Of a stretch of 64,000 bases of DNA, positions 9,401 through 17,629 are shown in pieces. The notes under the pieces are model-generated. The model was given only the letters and a program-made list of their open reading frames with translations, was not told the DNA's origin and did not search any database. The position numbers and the translations under genes were made by a program. Source of the stretch: an uncultured Planctomycetales bacterium (GTDB lineage: Bacteria > Omnitrophota > Gorgyraeia > Zapsychrales > JANLHA01); the NCBI GenBank assembly GCA_964489065.1, contig CAZAXH010000003.1, positions 63,104 to 127,103 on the forward strand, in the 5' to 3' direction. Position 1 is the first letter of the stretch. Every line of letters starts with the position of its first letter.

Positions 9401-10546
9401 AGGCGCGGCCGGAGGAAGAGGCGTGTGATATGGGCTTCGTTGATTACAAGTGGCAGGATTCCCTCCGGGAAAGCCCTCCTCCTCCACGCAAGTTCCCGTG
9501 CCACAACAAGCGGGACGAACAGAAGCATCGACACAACAGGGATCACACATAGAAGGAAAACGCATATCCCCGACAGGGTTGGACGGGCAACATGGATGCC
9601 CGGGGTTACGCTGACAATCAATGGGATCAACAAGACCCCAATCATCGGTGTCACACCCCCAATCCGTACAGATATCGGGGTTACCTCCATACAAGAAATC
9701 CGTAAGCGCGGATAAGAATTCGTCAAGGATTGATAAATTTAAATCCGGGATACCCTGAAGCCGACGGGTATAATAATAGGCAAAACGGGAAATATAATCC
9801 GGACCCGAGGCTTTATCATTAGGATCAGCCAAATTGCCAAAGGCGCTGTCGGTATCAAAGTCGAATAAATCCGGTATTTGAGCGGGGTCATTCACGGCCG
9901 TCATCAAAGCACTTTGTACCCCCAACTCCACAGCCATTTCTTTCGGCCCCAGGGAATCTCCCATCATTTTATTCCACATGGACGTTATGCCAGGCTGGGT
10001 TATCGTTACATCAATCACAGCAGCGGCCACGACAAGCACCGCGGCAACAATCGCGGCGGCCAAACCCCAGCCTTCACATTGATATGTCGCCGCACAAATA
10101 ACGACAAGAACCACGACAACAATGGCCGCAATGAGTTTGACCAAAAATCCGGTCCAGGCACAAATCTTCGTTTCTCCATCCAAAGAGGTCATAAACAGCA
10201 TCTGACCATAACTGGCAATAAAAGACGCCATTTTAGAGGCCGCCGTGTTAGCGGCAATGATTGTCAGGGTTTTGCCGTGAGAAATTCTGCCAATATTAAC
10301 CGTGACCGCATATAAAATCAATCCTATCGCCGCGGCTAAAATCAGAATTAAGCCAACCTGTCCGGCAATGTGTCTGGAAGGAATGGTTGGAGTAGTTAAG
10401 GAAGCGCCTTCCTCTTTGGGAGCCAAGAAAAAAGCATTCCATTTTTTCCTTTGCCATTTCCTCGCCTTTCTCACTCCTTTATATAAAAAATGCAACAAGT
10501 TGGCCCCCGGGGTAAAAATGTTAAGATTAAGGCGTTTCCTCTCCAA
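6497..10546 (-). CDS. Giant (1349 aa) Cys/Asp/Pro-rich, probably extracellular protein with N-terminal TM helices; candidate pilus-associated adhesin or tip protein
   Basis: Uninterrupted ORF; hydrophobic N-terminal segments (LILILAAAIGLILYAV, LIAAIVVVVLVVICAATY, AAAIVAAVLVVAAAVI), then Cys-rich stretches (CTDWGCDTDDWGLVDPIDCQRNPGHPCCPSNPVGDMRFPSMCDPCCVDASVRPACCGTGTCVEE) and many DP/DxD motifs; start overlaps the upstream TadE-like gene by about 20 nt (operon-like). Confidence 0.6.
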   Translation of the reverse strand: MERKRLNLNIFTPGANLLHFLYKGVRKARKWQRKKWNAFFLAPKEEGASLTTPTIPSRHIAGQVGLILILAAAIGLILYAVTVNIGRISHGKTLTIIAANTAASKMASFIASYGQMLFMTSLDGETKICAWTGFLVKLIAAIVVVVLVVICAATYQCEGWGLAAAIVAAVLVVAAAVIDVTITQPGITSMWNKMMGDSLGPKEMAVELGVQSALMTAVNDPAQIPDLFDFDTDSAFGNLADPNDKASGPDYISRFAYYYTRRLQGIPDLNLSILDEFLSALTDFLYGGNPDICTDWGCDTDDWGLVDPIDCQRNPGHPCCPSNPVGDMRFPSMCDPCCVDASVRPACCGTGTCVEEEGFPGGNPATCNQRSPYHTPLPPAAPNALLSYPYIFRGMNEDSTNNKNAGAWDPANISFREWFGFDDEHHQYAVNPARPNWNYLIDGTGATLDHSQLIRSGALEYDFYMEDATGYYSADDKPGIFPFFYKLADWGMDLQSLTYGALLPDPPDIHPARDNLECHLCDVDGVAAGTVPAVCAGITSYPAEIGTALELPETPDNALYSGGWCVDAANTGADGDPPQLLDLVPNIDAILADDAVCAQDEGGWKRGGDQFCDPPDEWPYMAECRKAGAPPGGSPPCVEVDPETGTTWPIDCDCGTGGALPPTPPIDRTQAANNFEYVSTNWPDDKLDEFIYGLPEFYEWATGVMDKDKDYLESHFDEWYEEAATWIETPCPSGNAADCPGSCTGDVDGGYWYIWREDLASFYIPIGAWLNPPDADLYVGSGCFINSAAVDPAVWCVPPPQVAANKYADPAYLGFQSGYNGLECPGVSQEEQASFDVSGDGRGDLEDVIACLEWNLHDLAQDASGNPIIYPVTGSQAVGNFEKFDACKWDCDNDPMNSGHSCAILPRSLVPGFDALRFTIPMPEADLIALTLCLGTESIPTCNDDCSSLPGGYGIPAFVPTSDNATLPAPDTSLLTNLRAMYAFCNANPTLNLPNQCRDQATTIDCDSPTVLSDALNCSCTWYGLPTDLLGTCGQLCGVGATPFFDAIETALDTNIGSCGETDPGEWKDLLDQSVLAAANQSMKMAKRWEMLAGREEEAIQIRNILWNGLSHIDAFLSGPAQGLIDACKSWGNIYPPATTSFAIYAWQDEPKDVYNTIRGDWHVVKVEVRTPGRCNSACGTDRWPYIDTYTKSWGMKRCYELKEMTGRVKARVIRYDEDTVGSKIRFPDGTLLWKPQYYHPEGSDQDPTDLEVTCAIMIDPNIAAQTWEWGWRNAFMINQTPTASATPPRGSAEYLDCWNFIHESLLRYGYSTATCAQYFLGGGSGYSGDKGFRVRFVECDENFLNGLN

Positions 10547-10823
10547 AAATATTGCTATTAACTGTCGCGTTTATTTTTGTAATCGAATAAAACATCGGCC
10601 GGACCTGTTCTAACGGACCCGCTGGCTGAGACGTGCTTATAGGAGAAACTAACAAGGCATCGTGAGAATTAAAACGCTTCATCAAATCAGTCCCTGTCCA
10701 GGCAAAGACCTGAATCATGCCAACGACAAGCAAAACAACCCCGATCATCCCGAACATAAATTCTAAAGACACTTGTCCCGGGCGAATATTTTTTTTAAAT
10801 CTAGTCTTTCCGTTTTTTTTCAT
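10527..10823 (-). CDS. tadE: TadE-like pseudopilin (Flp-family N-terminus G/QVSLEF)
   Basis: MKKNGKTRFKKNIRPGQVSLEFMFGMIGVVLLVVGMIQVFAW; start at the second Met (10823) is supported by GAGGGG placed 7 nt upstream; the ORF track start 10838 lacks an RBS. Confidence 0.6.
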   Translation of the reverse strand: MKKNGKTRFKKNIRPGQVSLEFMFGMIGVVLLVVGMIQVFAWTGTDLMKRFNSHDALLVSPISTSQPAGPLEQVRPMFYSITKINATVNSNIFGEETP

Positions 10824-10843
10824 AACGATTCCCCTCATTCTTA

Positions 10844-12559
10844 TTACGGGGCATATCTTCTAATCCAGCGCCTCCCTCTTAGATCGGCAATCCGGCTTCT
10901 CACAAATAACATTAAATTATCCCGGTCAAAACACGTCAATTGTGCGACCCCCGCCATATAACAATTTGTTCCTGTGCTTGGCCGGGTACAAACCTCAACC
11001 GGATTGGGGATTCCGTAAACGCCGTTAGCGCTCGCCCAAGCGGAAGTTCCCCATTCTCGGGGATTCACGTCATCCGCACAAAACCGACCGGTGTCTCTTG
11101 TCAACTGAACTTGTCGCTCAATCACATCTAATTGATCATGCCGTTCCGTGCTTCGGGTATATTGCGACGTATTAGCCGTAAAAATAGGGCCTTCTTCCGT
11201 CCTAAAATAGGTCCCCTGGCCTGTTTCCTGGCCTGGATCAGATTCTGTAAATGTATATACCTGTGCGCCTTCTGAAAAACCAACCGTGCGGGCGAGACAT
11301 TTATAATTTGAACAGACGCCCAAAGTGTTGTTTCCGGTCGTCGTTGATCCAATAACACAATTCCCTGTCGGGGTGGCGCCGCAAGCCCCGCCTATGGTTC
11401 CGGCAAAACGCCATTCCCCTGCCTGGCGGGCATCGGACATAAAAGAGCTGGACATGTCGCCTTCTTCGCTGTCAATTACGTTCACGGTTTGAAGCACTCC
11501 GGACCCCAAGGCTGAATAACTCAGGATGGACTCTTCATAATAATCCCCATCAACATCAACGCTTTCATTCTTCGAGGACTTTTCTCCGCTGGGATCAACA
11601 AAAATTCCCGGCACCCCGCTCCACGGCAAAGTCATCGCTGTTCCATCGACGACTCCGGCTACTAAAAACCACTGCCAAAACTGAATATCCCGGCTCCCGG
11701 CCGGGACATCAGGCACGCCATCAAAATCATAATCAAAGCGGATATCTTGAGGAAGATTGTTACAATTTTTAACACATGTTGTCCCGAAACAGCATGTTTT
11801 ACTTTTGGGATAATTCCCTGAAATGGTAAACAGCAACGTGCAACCTGCGGAGTTCGTTACTAAATCATATTCTCCTGTGCCGGTCCCTCCGGTCGCATAA
11901 ACACATTCCCCCATATAACCTAATTCATAATCTCCGCCATAGCCCACATAAACACAGCTTGAATAACTAACACAACTATTCCACCAACACAGCCCATAAG
12001 GAGGGCTTGCTGGCGGGGCGTTGGAATTAAAATACGCCGGAGCCGAGCCGTTACACGCGGGGATCCAAGATGGCCGGCTTCCGTCAGAATTCGCCAGAGT
12101 AACCGATTTAAAATCCGCGCCCAATAACGGAAAACGTTGCCCATTGATATAAACATCCGAAAGAGGAAGATCCCTTCGATCTCCAAAATCTGTCGGCCGG
12201 AACAAATTTTTTGTCATGGAAGCACTGGCGCTGGCTGTCATAGGGAACCTGTCCCGGGATCCAAATTTTTTACCAGCATCAACATTCAATCTGTCTTCCA
12301 AAATAACAATAGAGGCTACATTCCGGGAATTGGCTCCCTCGTCACCGGCAAAACCAATATATTCACCTTCAGAAGTCCGGTAAGACTCACTCAAAGCAAG
12401 ACGTAAAGCCCGTAATTGCATATTATTAAGCATGCTGGCCTGCATTCCAGATTTAATAATAGAGCCAATGATAAAAATAAGCATGGCCCCAAAAATAGCC
12501 AGTTCCGTTCCTGACTGCCCCAACCGAGAAACTCGAAATGTCCGCGACTCTCGTTTCAT
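10844..12559 (-). CDS. tadG: TadG-like large pseudopilin: TadE-type N-terminus (RLGQSGTELAIFGAMLIFIIGSII) followed by a large Cys/Gly/Thr-rich domain (571 aa)
   Basis: Class-III signal G/QSGTELAI; C-terminal region rich in Cys (CWWNSCVSYSSCVYVGYGG...KTCCFGTTCVKNCNN). Confidence 0.6.
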   Translation of the reverse strand: MKRESRTFRVSRLGQSGTELAIFGAMLIFIIGSIIKSGMQASMLNNMQLRALRLALSESYRTSEGEYIGFAGDEGANSRNVASIVILEDRLNVDAGKKFGSRDRFPMTASASASMTKNLFRPTDFGDRRDLPLSDVYINGQRFPLLGADFKSVTLANSDGSRPSWIPACNGSAPAYFNSNAPPASPPYGLCWWNSCVSYSSCVYVGYGGDYELGYMGECVYATGGTGTGEYDLVTNSAGCTLLFTISGNYPKSKTCCFGTTCVKNCNNLPQDIRFDYDFDGVPDVPAGSRDIQFWQWFLVAGVVDGTAMTLPWSGVPGIFVDPSGEKSSKNESVDVDGDYYEESILSYSALGSGVLQTVNVIDSEEGDMSSSFMSDARQAGEWRFAGTIGGACGATPTGNCVIGSTTTGNNTLGVCSNYKCLARTVGFSEGAQVYTFTESDPGQETGQGTYFRTEEGPIFTANTSQYTRSTERHDQLDVIERQVQLTRDTGRFCADDVNPREWGTSAWASANGVYGIPNPVEVCTRPSTGTNCYMAGVAQLTCFDRDNLMLFVRSRIADLRGRRWIRRYAP

Positions 12560-12579
12560 AGCGTAAAAATTACGGCGTA

Positions 12580-12888
12580 TTAATATGCGGCAACTCTTGA
12601 TGCCCCGTATTTCTCCTCAGTCATATTGGAATCATCATCCCGCATCGTCCACACCCCGGCATTCACCGGAATTGTGGTAATACGTGTAGAAGAAAATCCG
12701 CTGGTTCGTTCGGTAATATCTGTATTGGTCACCCTAGGGTCATATTGGTCTCCCATCCCGTCAACGGATTCCTTCCACCGCCCCTGAACCCCCCGCTTAA
12801 AATATGTGCCCATCCCCAGGAATACTCCCAAAATAATCGTAATCAGCGTCACATATTCCAAGGTGCTTTGTCCGCGTAATAACCTCAT
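12580..12888 (-). CDS. flp: Flp-family prepilin paralog 7 (102 aa, extended C-terminus)
   Basis: MRLLRGQSTLEYVTLITIILGVFLGMG: G/QSTLEY processing motif plus hydrophobic helix. Confidence 0.7.
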   Translation of the reverse strand: MRLLRGQSTLEYVTLITIILGVFLGMGTYFKRGVQGRWKESVDGMGDQYDPRVTNTDITERTSGFSSTRITTIPVNAGVWTMRDDDSNMTEEKYGASRVAAY

Positions 12889-12915
12889 ACTCCCTACCCT
12901 CTTTTTTAAAACTTT

Positions 12916-13254
12916 TTAATTATCTCTATACTGAAACCCCAGATTGGTCGTTGTCGTCGTGACCATTTGCGAATACGAACCATCATAATCAAGCCGCGTT
13001 TCCCCAAAATCTTCCCTTAACCTTTTAACAGAAGCTTGCTCCGTATCAACAATCTGTTCGACCAAATGGCCGTCGAGACCTCCGGGCTGCTCCGCCCCGG
13101 ATTGATTGCCGACCTGATCAGAAACAACCCTGACCATCCCCTGCACCGCTCGTCTCAACATGGGGGTGAGAGAAATCAAGACCGCCACTACGACACTAAC
13201 TAGCATAGCATACTCTAAAAATGTTTGCGCAGAATTTTTATGTTTTCTTCTCAT
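12916..13254 (-). CDS. flp: Flp-family prepilin paralog 6 (112 aa)
   Basis: KNSAQTFLEYAMLVSVVVAVLISL (A/QTFLEY); Thr-rich C-terminus. Confidence 0.65.
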   Translation of the reverse strand: MRRKHKNSAQTFLEYAMLVSVVVAVLISLTPMLRRAVQGMVRVVSDQVGNQSGAEQPGGLDGHLVEQIVDTEQASVKRLREDFGETRLDYDGSYSQMVTTTTTNLGFQYRDN

Positions 13255-13271
13255 TTTTTATTAAAAAAGCC

Positions 13272-13628
13272 TTAATCGGCCAGCGCCGGCGGTAACTGTG
13301 TTTGATTTGTGATTGCACTGATTTGATGTTCGTAAAGCTGTTCGACAATACCTGAGCCTAAAGGAAAAGCCCCTTCTTCTGTCATGGTCGTTGTCGTGTC
13401 CGTGTATCTTGTCGTCATTGAATTGCTATAATACGGCTCATATTGATAGTAAAAAGTTCCCGTATAATCATCCTGTACTGTGCTGGCCATATAATGCAAC
13501 GCATCTCTCGTTCTTCCCTGCAACAAACGTCGGACATAAGTTCCCATGACCGAAATAATTGACACAACCACAAAAAATGTCGTAGCGTATTCAACAAAAG
13601 AGTTTTGACCTTTTTTATTAAGCTTCAT
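13272..13628 (-). CDS. flp: Flp-family prepilin paralog 5 (118 aa)
   Basis: MKLNKKGQNSFVEYATTFFVVVSIISV; C-terminal QYEPYY motif shared with paralog 3. Confidence 0.7.
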   Translation of the reverse strand: MKLNKKGQNSFVEYATTFFVVVSIISVMGTYVRRLLQGRTRDALHYMASTVQDDYTGTFYYQYEPYYSNSMTTRYTDTTTTMTEEGAFPLGSGIVEQLYEHQISAITNQTQLPPALAD

Positions 13629-13750
13629 ATATATTATTTAATGTTCAAACTGATTATAAATAAAGTATGGCTTACCCGAAAGTTGTTTTCCCCCTCAAGT
13701 AAGCCACACTTTATTTAGCTTAAGTCATTCTGGTTATTTAATAAACAAAA

Positions 13751-14071
13751 TTAACCCCAGAACTCCTGTTCAGCATTAATGATAACCTGGTTCTGCAATG
13801 TCTCGGTAACTTCATCCGTATTCAATGTCGTGGTAGAAACACCATAGCCGAATGTTTCAGCCGTGTTACTAACAGTGGTTACAACGCGACGGATGTTCGA
13901 GTTGCCCGGTGAATATTGATCACCGATATCGTCTGTTGCACTCTTTAATCTACCCTGCACACCTCTTTTGATGTAAACTTGGATAGATAAAAGAGCACCG
14001 ATGACGATGATAATCAAGACGGCGTACTCTAAAGTACTTTGCCCTTTTATTTTTCTTAGAAACTTAAACAT
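13751..14071 (-). CDS. flp: Flp-family prepilin paralog 4 (106 aa)
   Basis: KIKGQSTLEYAVLIIIVIGALLSI; GGGAGG RBS immediately upstream of the start. Confidence 0.7.
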   Translation of the reverse strand: MFKFLRKIKGQSTLEYAVLIIIVIGALLSIQVYIKRGVQGRLKSATDDIGDQYSPGNSNIRRVVTTVSNTAETFGYGVSTTTLNTDEVTETLQNQVIINAEQEFWG

Positions 14072-14125
14072 TGAAAATTCCTCCCTATAAAATTCAGATT
14101 TTCGTTACACTAAGTTATCTGGATC

Positions 14126-14500
14126 TTAGATACCATTAATTACACCAAAATTGGTGTCATAGTTTGATCTCTGAAAACCGCCATCAGCACGGGTTCTGTT
14201 GCTGGTGGTATCTAACTGGAACAACCCAGAGGAGTCTGCTCTCATGCCCTGTACTTCTTCTTCCCTGTCATCACGCAGGACATTGTAATCAGATTCCAGA
14301 TAATAAGGTTCATACTGGTTGGTTCTACCCAAGGCGCTTGTGGAATCTGTCAAATAAGCAGAAGCGTCACGAATTCTCGCCTGAATGGTTCGTTGCGCAT
14401 AAGTTTGCATAGCAATGACCGCCGCGACAACAAGGGAAATTAACAGCGCGTATTCGGCTGTTTGCTGTGCTTTTTTATTTTTAATTAACTTTCTAAACAT
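14126..14500 (-). CDS. flp: Flp-family prepilin paralog 3 (124 aa)
   Basis: KNKKAQQTAEYALLISLVVAAVIAM; C-terminal NQYEPYY motif. Confidence 0.65.
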   Translation of the reverse strand: MFRKLIKNKKAQQTAEYALLISLVVAAVIAMQTYAQRTIQARIRDASAYLTDSTSALGRTNQYEPYYLESDYNVLRDDREEEVQGMRADSSGLFQLDTTSNRTRADGGFQRSNYDTNFGVINGI

Positions 14501-14539
14501 TTATGTTTCCTCCATTTACTTTTGTCTCTTGATAATTAA

Positions 14540-14746
14540 TTACGGATTATCATAACGAGATGTTTGTAACCGATTGGCCATATCAAACATGCCATTCGTA
14601 CCCGTACGCAAGGTTGAATTAAACGCTTGGTTAAAAATACCATTAGTCGGGTTTAAGAAAATAATCAGAATGGCAATAACACCTGTCACCAAAATAATAT
14701 ACTCGAGGGTGCTTTGCCCTTTCTTTTTTCTGTTCTTGTATACCAT
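14540..14746 (-). CDS. flp: Flp-family prepilin paralog 2 (68 aa)
   Basis: MVYKNRKKKGQSTLEYIILVTGVIAILIIF; AGGAGG RBS upstream. Confidence 0.75.
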   Translation of the reverse strand: MVYKNRKKKGQSTLEYIILVTGVIAILIIFLNPTNGIFNQAFNSTLRTGTNGMFDMANRLQTSRYDNP

Positions 14747-14811
14747 TAGTAATTCCTCCTATAGTTTGATCCACACCACTCAAAGCTAGGCGGGTTTTCC
14801 CTCCCGCCACT

Positions 14812-14961
14812 TTAATCTTTGAATCCTTCTGAAATCACCTGCTGTGTTGCCTGAATTGATCTAAACACGTAGGTGCTCATGGCAAGCATGGCTGACGCGA
14901 CTAAGGCCACGACGATGGCATATTCTACTATGTTTTGTCCTTTTTCTTGTTTCCATGGATT
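14812..14961 (-). CDS. flp: Flp-family prepilin paralog 1 (about 50 aa; start taken at an internal Met with a strong RBS)
   Basis: MGHNPWKQEKGQNIVEYAIVVALVASAMLAM; GGAGGTGA 8 nt upstream of the ATG at 14961; the longer ORF to 15036 has no RBS. Confidence 0.7.
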   Translation of the reverse strand, partial: NPWKQEKGQNIVEYAIVVALVASAMLAMSTYVFRSIQATQQVISEGFKD

Positions 14962-15167
14962 ATGCCCCATCGCGCCTTCACCTCCGTGCCCACAGATGAT
15001 TCGTACCCAACTCTTGCAACCTAAGAGTGGATTCACTCCGGGCTATATTACCGGATATTTCCGGTATCCTCCAGATTTGGGTCAAAAAACATAACAAAAA
15101 TCTGGAGGATTAAACCCCCGACAAAAGGGGTAAAAAGCTAATTTTAAAATTATGAAAGAGCTAAAAC

Positions 15168-15210
15168 AGAAACGGTTTCTTTATAAACTTAAAGAAACCG
15201 TTTTTAAAAA
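15168..15210 (-). terminator. Perfect 15-bp inverted repeat (GAAACGGTTTCTTTA ... TAAAGAAACCGTTTC) with flanking T/A runs; putative terminator after the 570-aa gene, or an operator upstream of the pilin array
   Basis: Direct reading of the palindrome between the stop of the 570-aa gene and the first flp gene. Confidence 0.35.
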
Positions 15211-15375
15211 AGCGCAGACAACACCTGTCGCTTTTAGATATCTTAAAATAATCTGGAAGAAAACTCTAAAATTTTTTGTCATATTATGACCTATCATTTG
15301 TTTTCCCAGCGATGAATGAAGTATATCATAATATATTACAAAATGTCAAGGATTGAATCTTGGGGCGAAAAGGGA

Positions 15376-17088
15376 TTATTGTCGACGGGAAAAAATTTTC
15401 ATCATCAATTTTTTTCCATGAAAAGTCACGATGTTTCTTTCATTAATTCGCGTCACGGCTGACTTCAGCTCCTCAAAACAGGCATAATCATTACCGGGGA
15501 TGAGCAGAACTTGCATCGCCTCGGGATGAGCCGAAATAGTTCCCGAAAGAGGAAGAATTATGTCCTTCAAATGCACCGGAAGTAGGCTTGTTTTCCCGGA
15601 AGAAAAATAGGTTTGCCAAGCATAATGTGCTAAAAATTCAGAAAAAATTTTTTTAATATTAATATTTCTATTAATATTATATTTATTTCCTTGAAATAGC
15701 AGGAATTGAGAATCTTTGGCCTTGACTTTTCCAACAGAATAATTAAATCCTCGTTGAAAATTAGGCCAACGACGATAGTATGTCTTTATTACATCACTGG
15801 CATGATACAAATTATTCGGAGCATTGGTTAATATGACAGCAAAAGGACTTGCCGTCGGATTTTCTTTTAACGGAAAAACACGTAACCCCAATCTTGGTTG
15901 AAAATCATCATCAAAAGGAAGCGTTGTTAAAGTTTCAAAAAAATACACGCAATCCTCGAAAAACGGATCAACAAATTTTTCTAATTTATTGCTTCGCAAG
16001 GATTTCAGCAAAGGATAAAACTCTGGTTGCCAAGGCCACAAACATGTAATGAAATATCTTTTTTTAGGGGGAATATAATCAAAACAGGCGACTTCATTCC
16101 TTTCTACATCTAACAGAGAAACCTGAATAATTTTTTTCCCTTCCTTATTATCAAAAGCCCCGCATAGATCTAAAAACTGCCGGGCACAATATGCGTGTTG
16201 AGATAAATTTTCTTTGATGTTTAAGATTGGACAAAAACAAAAAACAACAGGTTGGACATTACTGATTATCTCTTCAGAAATTGTTTTGGTACACTGTGTT
16301 ATGGTATTAAAAAATGGCAAATCTGAATCTTTTGTCCAAACTGAACTCATTTCCGCATCTAAAAACAAATTTTCACCATTCTCTAATTTCAACTGAACAA
16401 AAAACACCTGCGTCATGTAATATTGCAAATTTATCATGAACTTCAACACAATTTCTTCCCAATTTTCCATGCTGCTTAATTCTGACAATAATCCTTCTGC
16501 ATTAAAGCCCCTCTTGTCACTTTGAGAAAGGCCTTTTATCCAAAGCCCTTCAGAAATTTCATTTTTTTCAAAAATTTCCATATAAAGCAATTTTTCAACC
16601 AAGCTGTTAATTTGAATGTCTTCTAAAAACGAAAACCTTTCGGAAAAAATCTCTGCCAAAAAAGGTTCCCGGAAAAGCTCCCATTCTGCCGCTTTTATAA
16701 ACATATAACCAACATCTGGAATAACCTGACAATCTTTTTTTGACGTATCAATGTTTGGGAAGGAGGCTTCTTTTTGAATAGCCGTTTTTACTTCCAAAAG
16801 ATCTTTGGGGCATGTTTGCAAAGTTGACTTATTTATTAATGCTTTTCTGGCCCTTTTTCTAGGTGCCAAAGGTTTTTTTTCTAAAGGTGCGTTTAAAGTT
16901 CTTCTTCCTACCGGACTGTTAAGGTTAGCTTCTTTCAAAACAGCGCTAATGGAAGATTTAGATAATTTAATTACAAATTTTTTATAAACCAAATCGGAAA
17001 GCTTTCGGCAGCTTAAGGCCGGACTCGCGGCTTTTTCAGCCACAATAAAATCAATGACCTCTTCTGTAAGTTTATATACGACACCCAT
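15376..17088 (-). CDS. Hypothetical protein (570 aa) with an N-terminal HTH-like region; AT-rich gene interrupting the Tad locus
   Basis: Long ORF; N-terminus LTEEVIDFIVAEKAASPALSCRKLSDLVYKKFVIKLSKSSISAVLKE resembles an HTH; the rest could not be assigned; composition is visibly more AT-rich than neighbouring genes. Confidence 0.5.
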   Translation of the reverse strand: MGVVYKLTEEVIDFIVAEKAASPALSCRKLSDLVYKKFVIKLSKSSISAVLKEANLNSPVGRRTLNAPLEKKPLAPRKRARKALINKSTLQTCPKDLLEVKTAIQKEASFPNIDTSKKDCQVIPDVGYMFIKAAEWELFREPFLAEIFSERFSFLEDIQINSLVEKLLYMEIFEKNEISEGLWIKGLSQSDKRGFNAEGLLSELSSMENWEEIVLKFMINLQYYMTQVFFVQLKLENGENLFLDAEMSSVWTKDSDLPFFNTITQCTKTISEEIISNVQPVVFCFCPILNIKENLSQHAYCARQFLDLCGAFDNKEGKKIIQVSLLDVERNEVACFDYIPPKKRYFITCLWPWQPEFYPLLKSLRSNKLEKFVDPFFEDCVYFFETLTTLPFDDDFQPRLGLRVFPLKENPTASPFAVILTNAPNNLYHASDVIKTYYRRWPNFQRGFNYSVGKVKAKDSQFLLFQGNKYNINRNINIKKIFSEFLAHYAWQTYFSSGKTSLLPVHLKDIILPLSGTISAHPEAMQVLLIPGNDYACFEELKSAVTRINERNIVTFHGKKLMMKIFSRRQ

Positions 17089-17386
17089 AAAAGGAAGAAA
17101 AAAGATTGGACATTAATACAAATAGTATAACATAATCATTAACAAAACAAAGAACTATTGTCCAAAACAAAAAAAATAAATCAGCTGATCGCTAGACAAC
17201 GCATCCGTCTTGGCAAAAGAGAATTTTTACATAATAAAAAATTCAACAAATATTGGTCAAACAGGCAAAACATATATATAATTTATCAGGCTGCCTTTAT
17301 GTCTGGGGGATCAAAAATCAGATAAAAATTAAAAGCCTTCGCTCACACAAGACAAATTAAACCTTAAGTTCACCAGTAAAATTCTT

Positions 17387-17629
17387 ATGATCAAATGTCC
17401 CTACTGTTACGAAATGCTTCCTTCGACAGAAAATCTACGTTGTCCACATTGTTTACAATTTATCATTGATTCGGCAATAACCACAGACTTCCCTAGTCTT
17501 GATAAAAAACACTGTCTTTTTTGTGGGAAAAAAATATTATTGGAAGCTAAAATTTGCCGGCATTGTAAACGCTGGCTTGACGAAATCGAACAGGCCGCCA
17601 GAGATATCGATCCAGAAGACCTGGTTTAA
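17387..17629 (+). CDS. Small zinc-ribbon protein (four CxxC pairs)
   Basis: MIKCPYCYEM...CPHC...CLFCGKK...CRHCKRW; 80 aa. Confidence 0.45.
   Translation: MIKCPYCYEMLPSTENLRCPHCLQFIIDSAITTDFPSLDKKHCLFCGKKILLEAKICRHCKRWLDEIEQAARDIDPEDLV

Noticed and set aside
14962-15100. Search for a sigma-54 (-24 TGGCAC / -12 TTGCA) promoter upstream of the flp array
   Set aside because: TTGCA and GGCAC elements occur but in the wrong order and spacing; no convincing -35/-10 either
15037-17386. IS element call for the 570-aa gene
   Set aside because: No terminal inverted repeats or DDE triad identifiable by eye; kept as a hypothetical protein with a finding instead
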